Under the pieces are notes generated by a model. The model saw only the letters and a program-made list of their open reading frames with translations. It was not told where the DNA came from and ran no database searches. This document shows, piece by piece, positions 55,916-64,000 of a DNA stretch of 64,000 nucleotides; position 1 is the first letter of the stretch, and every line of letters starts with the position of its first letter. This DNA comes from Lachnospiraceae bacterium AD3010 (GTDB lineage: Bacteria > Bacillota > Clostridia > Lachnospirales > Lachnospiraceae). The stretch lies in NCBI GenBank assembly GCA_000622025.1, contig JHWU01000007.1, forward strand, positions 81,049 through 145,048, read 5' to 3'. A program made the translations under genes and the position numbers.

Positions 55916-55952
55916 CACCCCCGAAGTCACCTGAAGAAACCCCGGGGGCATA
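55916..55952 (-). terminator. Rho-independent terminator of the EF-G paralog gene
   Basis: On the minus strand, CCCCCGGGGtttcttcaggtgacttCGGGGG is followed by TGTTTTTGTG. Confidence 0.45.
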
Positions 55953-55967
55953 GTGTCATAAAATATA

Positions 55968-58058
55968 TTACTCTTCTATATTCTCGATCTTATCCTTCCG
56001 GGCCTCAATCTCCTTCGCCTGAACATCGGAAGGTGCAGGCTCGTAGCGGTTGAACTCATATGAGTACTCGCCGATACCGCCTGTCATGGAGCGTAGATCC
56101 GTATTATATCCGAATATCATACTCTCTGGAATCTCGGCTTCGATAACCTGCTTTCCGCCGTCTGTGGGATTCATTCCAAGCACACGGCCGCGGCGCTTAT
56201 TAAGATCACCCATTACGTCTCCGGTAAACTGATCCGGAACCGTGACCTTAAGGGTCATAATGGGCTCGAGAAGTATGGGTGTTGCCTTCATAAAGCCGTC
56301 CTTAAAGGCAAGCTTTGCAGCAGTCTTGAAGGACTGCTCGGAAGAGTCAACGGGATGATATGAGCCGTCATAGAGGGTAGCCTTTACACCAACAACGGGA
56401 TATGCCGCAAGAGGTCCCTTTTCAACGGACTCGGCAAGGCCCTTTTCTACAGCAGGGAAGAAGTTCTTCGGAACTGCTCCTCCAACGACCTTCTCTTCGA
56501 AGATGAAGGGCTTCTCCATATCTCCGCTGGGCTCGAATATGATCTTTACATCGCCGAACTGTCCATGTCCGCCGGTCTGCTTCTTATATCTTCCCTGTAC
56601 GTCGGATCTGCCCTTAATGGTCTCACGGTAAGCAACCTTCGGGGTCGAAAGCTCTATCTGAACCTTATATTCGCTCTCAAGCTTTGCCTTTACAACATCT
56701 ATCTGCTGGTCTCCTATACCGTAGAGGAGTGTCTGGCGGTTCAGTGAATCATTTACGTTTCTGAGTGTGAGATCCTCTGCGCACATCTTCGCAAGTGCCT
56801 GGGAGATCTTGTCCACATCCCCCTTATTAACAGGCCTGTAACGTACAGCCGTATAAGGTGTTGAGATAAGAGGCTTTCCGAACCTTATGGCTGTGGACTT
56901 TGTTCCCAGGGAATCTCCGGTCTTCGTAACGGCAAGCTTTGCAAAAGCACCGATATCACCGGCATGGAGCTCCGGTACCTCAATAGCCTTGTTTCCGCAA
57001 AGTGTATAGAGCTTACCTGTTTTCTCTTCAGTATCCTCATTTACGTTATAGAGGGCATCGCCGCTCTTTATTACTCCTGAGCATACCTTGAAGAGTGAAT
57101 ACTTTCCGATAAAGGGATCGATTATGGTCTTCCATACTATGGCTGTCTTCGGCTTCGAGAAATCATAGTCAGCTTCGAATACCTCGGAGCTTGCGGTATC
57201 GATACCCGCCATTTTCCTTCCCTCGGGGCTTGGCAGATACTTCACGCAGTCGTCGAGCAGAGTATATACGCCACGGATCAGTGTATTACTGCCCATGGTT
57301 ATGGGAACTATGGTGCCGTCGCAAACGCTGGTATGAAGAGCTGCCCTGATCTCAGCTTCGGAGAAGGTGTCACCTCCAAAATACCTGTCCATAAACTCTT
57401 CGCTTGTCTCTGCAACTGCTTCCATAAGGGAATCCCTGTAGGCCTGGAGATTTTCCTTTGAGTACTCGGGAATATCGCACTCAACAGCCTTTCCCTTATC
57501 ATCCCAGCGGAAAGCCTTTTCCGCAACAACATTTACGTATCCCACGAACTTTTCATCTTCCCTGATGGGGAAATGGAAAGGCGCTATCTTTTTTCCGTAG
57601 AGGTCTGTAAGCTCCTCAAGAACATTCTTGAATGAAGCGTTGTCAATATCCATATTTGAAACATAGATCATTCTGGGAATATTATACTTATCGCAAAGCT
57701 CCCAGGCTTTCTTTGTACCGGTCTCGACACCGGCCTTGCCGTTAACTACGATTATTGCGGAAGCCGCAGCCGTTGCAGCCTCTTCAACCTCGCCAACGAA
57801 GTCAAAAAATCCCGGAGTGTCCAAGATATTGAGCTTTGTATCTTCCCACTCAATTGGAATAAGCGAAGTACTGATCGAGAACTTTCTCTTCTGCTCCTCC
57901 TTGTCATAGTCGCTGATGGTGTTTCCATCGGCAATGGTTCCCAGTCTCGTTGTAAGCCCCGAAAGATTGGCCATTGCTTCCACAAGGCTGGTCTTTCCGG
58001 AGCCGCCGTGGCCCAGGAGGACAATATTACGGATCTTCTCTGTTGTGTAAACCTTCAT
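55968..58058 (-). CDS. Elongation factor G family GTPase (EF-G paralog, EF-G2-like)
   Basis: 696 aa. G1 GHGGSGKTS, G3 DTPGFFDF, and domains II-V are conserved. The size fits EF-G rather than TetM-type protection proteins. Confidence 0.8.
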   Translation of the reverse strand: MKVYTTEKIRNIVLLGHGGSGKTSLVEAMANLSGLTTRLGTIADGNTISDYDKEEQKRKFSISTSLIPIEWEDTKLNILDTPGFFDFVGEVEEAATAAASAIIVVNGKAGVETGTKKAWELCDKYNIPRMIYVSNMDIDNASFKNVLEELTDLYGKKIAPFHFPIREDEKFVGYVNVVAEKAFRWDDKGKAVECDIPEYSKENLQAYRDSLMEAVAETSEEFMDRYFGGDTFSEAEIRAALHTSVCDGTIVPITMGSNTLIRGVYTLLDDCVKYLPSPEGRKMAGIDTASSEVFEADYDFSKPKTAIVWKTIIDPFIGKYSLFKVCSGVIKSGDALYNVNEDTEEKTGKLYTLCGNKAIEVPELHAGDIGAFAKLAVTKTGDSLGTKSTAIRFGKPLISTPYTAVRYRPVNKGDVDKISQALAKMCAEDLTLRNVNDSLNRQTLLYGIGDQQIDVVKAKLESEYKVQIELSTPKVAYRETIKGRSDVQGRYKKQTGGHGQFGDVKIIFEPSGDMEKPFIFEEKVVGGAVPKNFFPAVEKGLAESVEKGPLAAYPVVGVKATLYDGSYHPVDSSEQSFKTAAKLAFKDGFMKATPILLEPIMTLKVTVPDQFTGDVMGDLNKRRGRVLGMNPTDGGKQVIEAEIPESMIFGYNTDLRSMTGGIGEYSYEFNRYEPAPSDVQAKEIEARKDKIENIEE

Positions 58059-58083
58059 ACGGAAATTACCTCCAATAAAATAT

Positions 58084-58140
58084 AGTCGTGCAAGCCGTCC
58101 GGTTAATTCTCCGGTATCTCACAGCAAGCACGACTATTTT
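58084..58140 (-). terminator. Long hairpin followed by a T-rich tract on the minus strand, between aroA and the EF-G paralog
   Basis: TAGTCGTGCttgctgtgagataccggagaattaaccggacggcttGCACGACTA followed by TATTTTATT on the minus strand. It could be the aroA-tyrA operon terminator or an attenuator of the EF-G leader. Confidence 0.35.
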
Positions 58141-58244
58141 ACCAAATTTTCTTATAATAAACAATGGTTTTTGTGTAATTTGACAGGCTAAACGCTTTAA
58201 TCTCTCCAGAAAAGTGTTGACTGCATATTCACATAGGCACGCAC

Positions 58245-59555
58245 CTATTTAAGGAGCAGATCCATATCCCTGTAAAATTCCGGAAATGAGATACCAACAC
58301 AGGAAGGATCCAGTATCTCCACCGGACGGACGTCCGAATTGATAAGCGCCGCAACGGAAAAACTCATAGCGATCCTGTGATCCTTTGCGGTTTCTATTGA
58401 GGCCCTGTGGAGAGCCTTTCCTCCGCATATCAAAAGGCCATCCTCCCTTTCCTCAGCATCGGCTCCCATAGCCTTAAGATTATTAACGGTAAGGCTTATC
58501 CTGTTTGACTCCTTTACCTTAAGCTCCGAAGCATCCCTTATCACGGTCTCTCCGTCAGCAGTGGCAGCCACCACCGAAATAAGCGGCAGCTCATCTATAA
58601 GAGTCGGGATGATATCTCCTCCGATCTCCACTCCTTTAAGGGATGACGAGTACCTTACAATGAGATCCGCTGACTTCTCTCCAGATTCATAACGCTCGTT
58701 TTCAATCTTGATATCCGCTCCCATATCCTTAAAAACACGAAGTATCCCGTCTCTTGTGGGATTGATACCCACATTTTTCAGTACGATCTCCGAGCCCGGA
58801 ACTATGAGAGCAGCTCCTATAAAATATGCCGCGCTGGAAATATCCCCGGGGACATTTACCTCTAAGCCCCTAAGCTCCCTGCAGGGTCTGACCGAGGCTT
58901 TCGGCTCATCAGTGCTTCCCCCGGTAATGTCCGCTCCGAAGGCTGAAAGCATAAGCTCCGTATGGTTTCTGGAAAGAGCGGGTTCGATAACAACTGTCTC
59001 TTTCTCAGCATATAAGCCGGATAAAAGAATGGCCGACTTTACCTGGGCAGACGCCACCCTGGTCCTTATCTCTCCGCCGGACAGCTTTCCCTTTTCAATG
59101 ATAAGCGGGAGAAGTCCGTTTCCTTTTTCCGATCTGATGGAAGCACCAAGGTTCTTTAAGGGGTCGATTATCCTTTTCATAGGCCTTCTTGAAAGAGAAG
59201 GATCTCCTGTAAGTACGGTCTTAAAATCCTGTCCTGCGAGGATCCCTGAGATAAGCCTTGCCGTAGTCCCGGAATTTCCGCAGTCAAGAGGCGTATCAGG
59301 CTTACTTAAGCCACGGATACCCTTCCCGGAAACCCGGATAAAATCACCTTTTTCATCCCTTTCTTCTTCGATCTCTATCCCCATAGTCCGGAAACAGTTC
59401 ATTGTGGATATGCAGTCCGCACTCTTTAAGAAGCCCCTTATGACAGTGTCTCCCGAGGCTATAGAGCCGAACATCACGGCTCTGTGTGAAATTGATTTGT
59501 CTCCCGGAACGCTAAGCTCACCGTGAAGACCGTTTGAAGCATGGTTTATTTTCAT
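58245..59555 (-). CDS. aroA: 3-phosphoshikimate 1-carboxyvinyltransferase (EPSP synthase)
   Basis: 436 aa. LSVPGDKSISHRAVMFGSIASGDTVIRGFL matches the EPSPS N-terminal block. GNSGTTARL phosphate-binding motif present. Confidence 0.9.
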   Translation of the reverse strand: MKINHASNGLHGELSVPGDKSISHRAVMFGSIASGDTVIRGFLKSADCISTMNCFRTMGIEIEEERDEKGDFIRVSGKGIRGLSKPDTPLDCGNSGTTARLISGILAGQDFKTVLTGDPSLSRRPMKRIIDPLKNLGASIRSEKGNGLLPLIIEKGKLSGGEIRTRVASAQVKSAILLSGLYAEKETVVIEPALSRNHTELMLSAFGADITGGSTDEPKASVRPCRELRGLEVNVPGDISSAAYFIGAALIVPGSEIVLKNVGINPTRDGILRVFKDMGADIKIENERYESGEKSADLIVRYSSSLKGVEIGGDIIPTLIDELPLISVVAATADGETVIRDASELKVKESNRISLTVNNLKAMGADAEEREDGLLICGGKALHRASIETAKDHRIAMSFSVAALINSDVRPVEILDPSCVGISFPEFYRDMDLLLK

Positions 59556-60655
59556 GTCCTGCTGTAGATCTTATATCCTTTCTCCATAAGGTCCGCGATA
59601 CCGAGGGCCATGGACTCCCTGTCATAAAATTCTATGCGGAGCGCCCCCTCCTCATATGTCCTGTTATGAACGATACCGATATTCTTTATCGAAAGACCAT
59701 GCGATGAAAGGATAGTTGCAACTATGGCAATTGCACCGGGCTCATCCTCCACATCAATATGGATAACGTATGTTTTCTTTATAGGTCCAAGAGGAGCATC
59801 AGGCACGGAATCCCTGTAGTTCTTTGCCTCCTCAAAGATCCCGCGGAGCTCGTCTCCCTTACCCGACTCAATAAACTCCCGTGTCTTACTGAGCATTTCT
59901 ATGTATTCATCCATAAGAGCAGTGATCTGCTCCGGGTTTTCCAGGCATATCTGCTCCCACATCACGGGATCGGATGAGGCGATTCGGGTAATATCCTTAA
60001 AGCCTCCGGCCGCTATGGCCTTCATATGCTGCTCCGGGGAATCCTCCTTTTCGATAAGCCGTACCAGAGTATAGGCTATCATATGGGGCACGTGGCTCAC
60101 AGCCGCAGTGACACGGTCATGGAGCGCCGGTGAAAGCACCAGCGGGATTGCCCCAAGCCTCCGTACCAGGTCCTCGTAACGCCTTATATGCTCTTCCCCC
60201 GCATTATCCCCCGGGGTAAGGATATAATAGGCATTTTCGATCAGATGATCATTTGAATTCTTATATCCGCTCTTTTCCGATCCTGCCATTGGATGTCCGC
60301 CGATAAAGAGGGCATCTCCGGCATACCTTTCAACCGCAGCGTGAATAACACCCTTTACGGATCCCACATCGGTGAGAATGGTTTCAGGGCTTAGATAGGG
60401 CTTCAAAAGGGAAAGGTACTCCGTATTGGTTTCCACCGGAGCACACAAAAAAATAAAATCACAGTCCCTGAAGCTGTCATCAAGCTTCAGGGTACCGTGA
60501 TCTATTATCCCTTCCTTAAGGGCAAGGTCCAGAGTTTCCTTGGATCTGTTCAAAGCCGTGATATAAGCGTCGGGAAAGACCCGCCGTATATTCTTCGCGA
60601 TTGAACCGCCGATCAGCCCGAGAGCAATAAAGCCTGCCTTCAGACACTCACTCAT
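59552..60655 (-). CDS. tyrA: Prephenate dehydrogenase with C-terminal ACT domain
   Basis: Rossmann GFIALGLIGGSIAKN. PDH domain. C-terminal ACT-like region (IHIDVEDEPGAIAIVATILSSHGLSIKNIGI). It overlaps aroA by 4 nt. ATG 60655 (AAAGGAG upstream) is preferred over the ORF-track TTG at 60775. Confidence 0.8.
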   Translation of the reverse strand: MSECLKAGFIALGLIGGSIAKNIRRVFPDAYITALNRSKETLDLALKEGIIDHGTLKLDDSFRDCDFIFLCAPVETNTEYLSLLKPYLSPETILTDVGSVKGVIHAAVERYAGDALFIGGHPMAGSEKSGYKNSNDHLIENAYYILTPGDNAGEEHIRRYEDLVRRLGAIPLVLSPALHDRVTAAVSHVPHMIAYTLVRLIEKEDSPEQHMKAIAAGGFKDITRIASSDPVMWEQICLENPEQITALMDEYIEMLSKTREFIESGKGDELRGIFEEAKNYRDSVPDAPLGPIKKTYVIHIDVEDEPGAIAIVATILSSHGLSIKNIGIVHNRTYEEGALRIEFYDRESMALGIADLMEKGYKIYSRT

Positions 60656-60771
60656 TTCCTGTCTATGCCGCTCCTTTCCGTCAATTGTTATCCTGCCGCC
60701 TGATGTGAGCGGCGTAGACCCTTTGATGCCGCGCTCTTCAGCGGCATCAAAGCAAGTTTGAAAGTTTTCTT

Positions 60772-60897
60772 TCAAACTTCTTCTTCCCTTCTGGACTCAA
60801 CATAGGCAACGCTTGCAACCACTGCGATCATTATACCCACTGCGATAAGCGTCATTACACAAAATGCCGATAAAGCAACAACCACTCCGATATTCAT
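60772..60897 (-). CDS. Possible 41-aa hydrophobic micro-protein (MNIGVVVALSAFCVMTLIAVGIMIAVVASVAYVESRREEEV)
   Basis: ATG at 60897 with CAGGAGAAAACTT upstream. Single predicted TM helix. Its TGA stop overlaps the TTG at 60775 that heads the long tyrA ORF. It is below the ORF-track cutoff and speculative. Confidence 0.25.
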   Translation of the reverse strand: MNIGVVVALSAFCVMTLIAVGIMIAVVASVAYVESRREEEV

Positions 60898-60962
60898 AAG
60901 TTTTCTCCTGTTCTATTAAATACCGCGTCTGTCCATAATCCCGTGCTGAACTTGACAGATGC

Positions 60963-61394
60963 TTAATCTCCCATACTGATGGCCTGCTCCATGATGCTCA
61001 TAAGCTCATCACGCTCTTCCTCTTCGGTCCTCGGCACATTTCCTCCCTGATCGGAATAATCCTGATAGGTCTCATACACCTCTATCCTGCAGGCATCTGT
61101 CTCCGGCATTCCGATGAAAACGCCGCCGTAGATATTTCCACCCTCCTGGTGGCTTACCCTGACCACATTAATAAATGCGGGTATCACATCTCCGGTCCAG
61201 ATCTTTATATTAGCCTTGTAGATAACGCCGTTCATCAGCTCCTGCTGGCAGATAAATCCCACACCGGCCTTTGAAATATCCAGAACCTCAACGGGGATGC
61301 CGAGACCGCTCTCATCATCTACCCGGGTCATAAAAAGCTTGACACTGAGTGTGTGTCTTTTATATTTTCTTCTGTTTAGATCGATATCTCCCAT
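60963..61394 (-). CDS. PilZ-domain (c-di-GMP-binding) protein
   Basis: 143 aa. RRKYKRH matches the RxxxR motif. DISKAGVGF matches the D/NxSxxG motif. Confidence 0.6.
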   Translation of the reverse strand: MGDIDLNRRKYKRHTLSVKLFMTRVDDESGLGIPVEVLDISKAGVGFICQQELMNGVIYKANIKIWTGDVIPAFINVVRVSHQEGGNIYGGVFIGMPETDACRIEVYETYQDYSDQGGNVPRTEEEERDELMSIMEQAISMGD

Positions 61395-61523
61395 ATTCTC
61401 CTCCGAAAAAACCTCTCCCTGTCATCCCTCCATCTGATAAAGAACCTTAAGCCTTCCGTCCTTCCTGGAATGACAAAACAAACACCTGATAATTATAAGA
61501 TAAAATGAATAAATATACAATCT

Positions 61524-62561
61524 TTACATTATAAACATCGCATCCCCGAAGCTGAAAAAGCGGTAGCGCTTGTCTATAGCGTCCCTGTAAGCATTCAGTA
61601 CATTCTCCCGTCCGGCAAGGGCGGAAACCAGCATAAGGAGCGTGCTTTCCGGAAGGTGGAAATTTGTGATAAGGCAGTCCGTAACCTTGAATCTGTAACC
61701 GGGATAGATAAAGATGTCGGTTTCCTCTCCATCAACGGTCCTCACAATCCCGCTGTCGTCCGCAGCTGATTCTATGGTCCTGCAGCTTGTGGTTCCAACA
61801 GAGATCACCCTTCCGCCTTCCCTCTTTGTATTATTGATGATCCCGGCGGTTTCCTGACTGACATAGTAGATCTCGCTATGCATACGGTGATCAAGTATAT
61901 TTTCCTCTTTTACGGGTCTGAAGGTTCCCAGTCCCACATGGAGAGTAACATATGCTATTTTTACTCCCTTTGCAGCGATCTCCGAAAGAAGATCTTCCGT
62001 GAAATGCAGTCCAGCAGTGGGAGCGGCTGCAGATCCGTCATACCTTGCGTACACGGTATTATATCTGTCACGATCCTTAAGCTTATGGGTGATATAGGGA
62101 GGAAGCGGCATTTCTCCGAGCTTATCAAGTATTTCCTCGAAGATCCCCCGGTATTCAAAGCGTACAAGCCTGTTGCCCCCGTCAAGAACATCTGTTATTT
62201 CAGCTTTAAGGAGTCCGTCACCGAAGCTTATCCTTGCTCCGGTCCTTAGCTTCTTTCCCGGCCGGACTATGGTTTCGAAGCTGTCGCCGCTTTTCCGCTT
62301 TAATAAAAGTATCTCAACAGCGGCACCGGTATCCTCCTTTACTCCGAGAAGCCTCGCCGGTATCACTTTTGTATTGTTTAAGACAAGGCAGTCTCCCGGA
62401 AGGAGGTATTCGGTTATATCCTTAAAATACCGGTCCTCTCTTTTACCGCTCTCACGATCAAGTATCATCAGCCTGGATCCATCCCTGTTTTCCAGGGGAT
62501 CCTGGGCAATAAGCTCCTCCGGGAGCTCGTAAAAATAGTCTTTTCTTAAAAGAGCACTCAT
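61524..62561 (-). CDS. queA: S-adenosylmethionine:tRNA ribosyltransferase-isomerase
   Basis: 345 aa. N-terminal [29 protein letters not shown] and VIPARLLG blocks are characteristic of QueA. Confidence 0.9.
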   Translation of the reverse strand: MSALLRKDYFYELPEELIAQDPLENRDGSRLMILDRESGKREDRYFKDITEYLLPGDCLVLNNTKVIPARLLGVKEDTGAAVEILLLKRKSGDSFETIVRPGKKLRTGARISFGDGLLKAEITDVLDGGNRLVRFEYRGIFEEILDKLGEMPLPPYITHKLKDRDRYNTVYARYDGSAAAPTAGLHFTEDLLSEIAAKGVKIAYVTLHVGLGTFRPVKEENILDHRMHSEIYYVSQETAGIINNTKREGGRVISVGTTSCRTIESAADDSGIVRTVDGEETDIFIYPGYRFKVTDCLITNFHLPESTLLMLVSALAGRENVLNAYRDAIDKRYRFFSFGDAMFIM

Positions 62562-64000
62562 GACCTAAGCTCTATTCCCATTCCGTTAAGACCGTTAAGT
62601 ATCTTTTTCATTACGGAGTTGACTTCGTCATCGGACAGAGTCTTTTCAGGGTTTCTGAATACCAGAGTATATGCCATTGACTTATGTCCTTCCTCAATCT
62701 GGCTCCCCTCATAGATATCAAAGAGCTTAATGCTCTCCAGAAGCTTTCCGCCTCTTACGCGTATCATACCCTCGATGTCACCTGCGGTGATCTCTTTTTT
62801 TACAACCATTGAGATATCCCTGTTTACTGCCGGGAACTTTGCAATGCCCTTAAACTTCCTGTCAAAGGTTGCTCTCTTCACTATTTCCGGCATATCGATA
62901 ACGGCAACATACACACGCTCGGATATCTCGTAATTATTCCTGACAGCGGGATGCAGCTCTCCGAGATAGCCGATCACGGCACCGTCATAAACTATATTTG
63001 CCTGACGTCCCGGATGCAGGAAGGGCTTTCCGCTCTTCGGATCATAAGCCGGGAGCAGATCTAATCCGCTTTTTTGCAGGAACTCCTCGACCACGCCCTT
63101 CATATCGTAGAAATCCCCTTCACCGTAAAAGCCCAGGGCAAACTGCATTCTTTCAGAGGGATAATCATTTAAGGGCAGGCTCTTCGGGATATAGATATTC
63201 CCGAGCTCGTAGAGCCTCACATCCTTATTTCTCCTGTTAAAATTAACGGAGAGACTTGTAAGTAGCCCGTTTAATATTACGGTTCTCATTATTGAGAAAT
63301 CCTCTCCCAGGGGATTACTGATCTTTATTGCCTGTCTTTCAGGGGCATCTGCAGGAAGGAGAAGCTTGTCAAATACCTTCGGGCTCTCCATAGAATAGCT
63401 CATACACTGTGAAAAGCCGGCATACTCAGCCACATCCCTTGCAACCCCTTCTATCTGCAGCTTCAAAGGCATTCCGCCGCCCTCAGCTCCCAACTTCGGA
63501 AGTGTGACCGGGATCTTATCATAACCGTAGAACCTTGCGGCTTCCTCTGCAATATCCGCAAAGCCGATGAGATCCTGCCTGAAGGTGGGACAGATAAGCT
63601 CTTTATTATCCTTGTCATACTCTATTTCAAGGCGCTTAAAATACTTAAGCATATCATCCGAAGGAATATCGGTTCCCAAAAATTCATTTATCCTTTCGGG
63701 CTCAAATCTGACATGCTTCTTCTCCGGCAATGGCTCATGTATATCAACCATGCCCTTAAGAACCTTTCCGCATTTAAGCTCTTCAACAAGGGCACAGGCA
63801 CGGTTTATCGCATCAAGGGCATTATTGGCATCAAGTCCTTTTTCAAAAATACCGGATGCATCGGTCCGAAGACCGATCCTCTTTGCGGATTTCCTGATAT
63901 TCGGCCCGTTGAAGGTGGCGGCTTCAAACAATACCTCTTTAACATCACCTGTTATCATTGAGTTTTCTCCGCCCATGATGCCGCCGATACCGATCTCCTT
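62558..64000 (-). CDS. pheT: Phenylalanine--tRNA ligase beta subunit, C-terminal ~480 codons; 5' end lies outside the window
   Basis: The frame continues open past 63976 to the window edge ([11 protein letters not shown] is a B3/B4 motif). B5 domain and C-terminal FDX-ACB domain (ending GMGIELRS) are present. It overlaps queA by 4 nt. Confidence 0.9.
   Translation of the reverse strand, partial: KEIGIGGIMGGENSMITGDVKEVLFEAATFNGPNIRKSAKRIGLRTDASGIFEKGLDANNALDAINRACALVEELKCGKVLKGMVDIHEPLPEKKHVRFEPERINEFLGTDIPSDDMLKYFKRLEIEYDKDNKELICPTFRQDLIGFADIAEEAARFYGYDKIPVTLPKLGAEGGGMPLKLQIEGVARDVAEYAGFSQCMSYSMESPKVFDKLLLPADAPERQAIKISNPLGEDFSIMRTVILNGLLTSLSVNFNRRNKDVRLYELGNIYIPKSLPLNDYPSERMQFALGFYGEGDFYDMKGVVEEFLQKSGLDLLPAYDPKSGKPFLHPGRQANIVYDGAVIGYLGELHPAVRNNYEISERVYVAVIDMPEIVKRATFDRKFKGIAKFPAVNRDISMVVKKEITAGDIEGMIRVRGGKLLESIKLFDIYEGSQIEEGHKSMAYTLVFRNPEKTLSDDEVNSVMKKILNGLNGMGIELRS

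Noticed and set aside
55968-58058. Tet(M)/Tet(O) ribosomal protection protein
   Set aside because: At 696 aa, with full EF-G domain IV/V features, it fits EF-G rather than the ~640-aa Tet(M) family. No mobile-element context.

Overview
This 64 kb window comes from a low-GC Gram-positive chromosome, most likely Clostridia or Lachnospiraceae-like. The evidence is GGAGG-type ribosome-binding sites, frequent TTG starts, and tight co-directional operons. Almost every gene sits on the minus strand. There are no rRNA or tRNA genes and no CRISPR array.

Core housekeeping content includes:
- leuS, pheT (partial at the window edge), queA, aroA and tyrA
- rnhA, folA, manA, an EF-G paralog and rsmF
- a purine nucleoside phosphorylase, an MtaD-like deaminase and an L,D-transpeptidase
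- a CarD/CdnL regulator
- a heterodimeric ABC exporter pair, a GntR plus ABC plus permease operon and an NSS sodium symporter
- an ECF-type sigma factor fused to a membrane and extracytoplasmic region

The accessory content sits in two places. At the 5' end (1-11.2 kb) there is a secreted LRR protein and an S8 subtilase, followed by a four-gene module of uncharacterised proteins.

The second accessory region is an island of about 12.8 kb (21.9-34.7 kb), which looks AT-rich by eye; I did not compute this. It encodes:
- three tandem paralogs built as zinc ribbon, optional TPR, TIR, one transmembrane helix and a variable extracellular domain. One of the three is split by a single in-frame TAG.
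- a standalone SIR2-like protein immediately upstream of them
- a multi-pass membrane protein whose ectodomain repeats match those of the TIR proteins
- a YdjI-like SPFH-SHOCT protein
- a small serine recombinase, an Arc-type ribbon-helix-helix (RHH) ORF that is missing from the ORF track, a perfect 23-bp palindrome and a PD-(D/E)xK Rpn-like nuclease

I read the island as a Thoeris-like (TIR plus SIR2) NAD-based defense or signaling module with an unusual membrane-receptor architecture, carried on a mobile or recombination-prone element.

A dispersed palindromic repeat family (TGTCATCCTGAG...GAAGGATC) occurs at five or more intergenic sites, including two tandemly amplified arrays.

All calls rest on motif-level reading of the translated ORFs. 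I ran no database searches.
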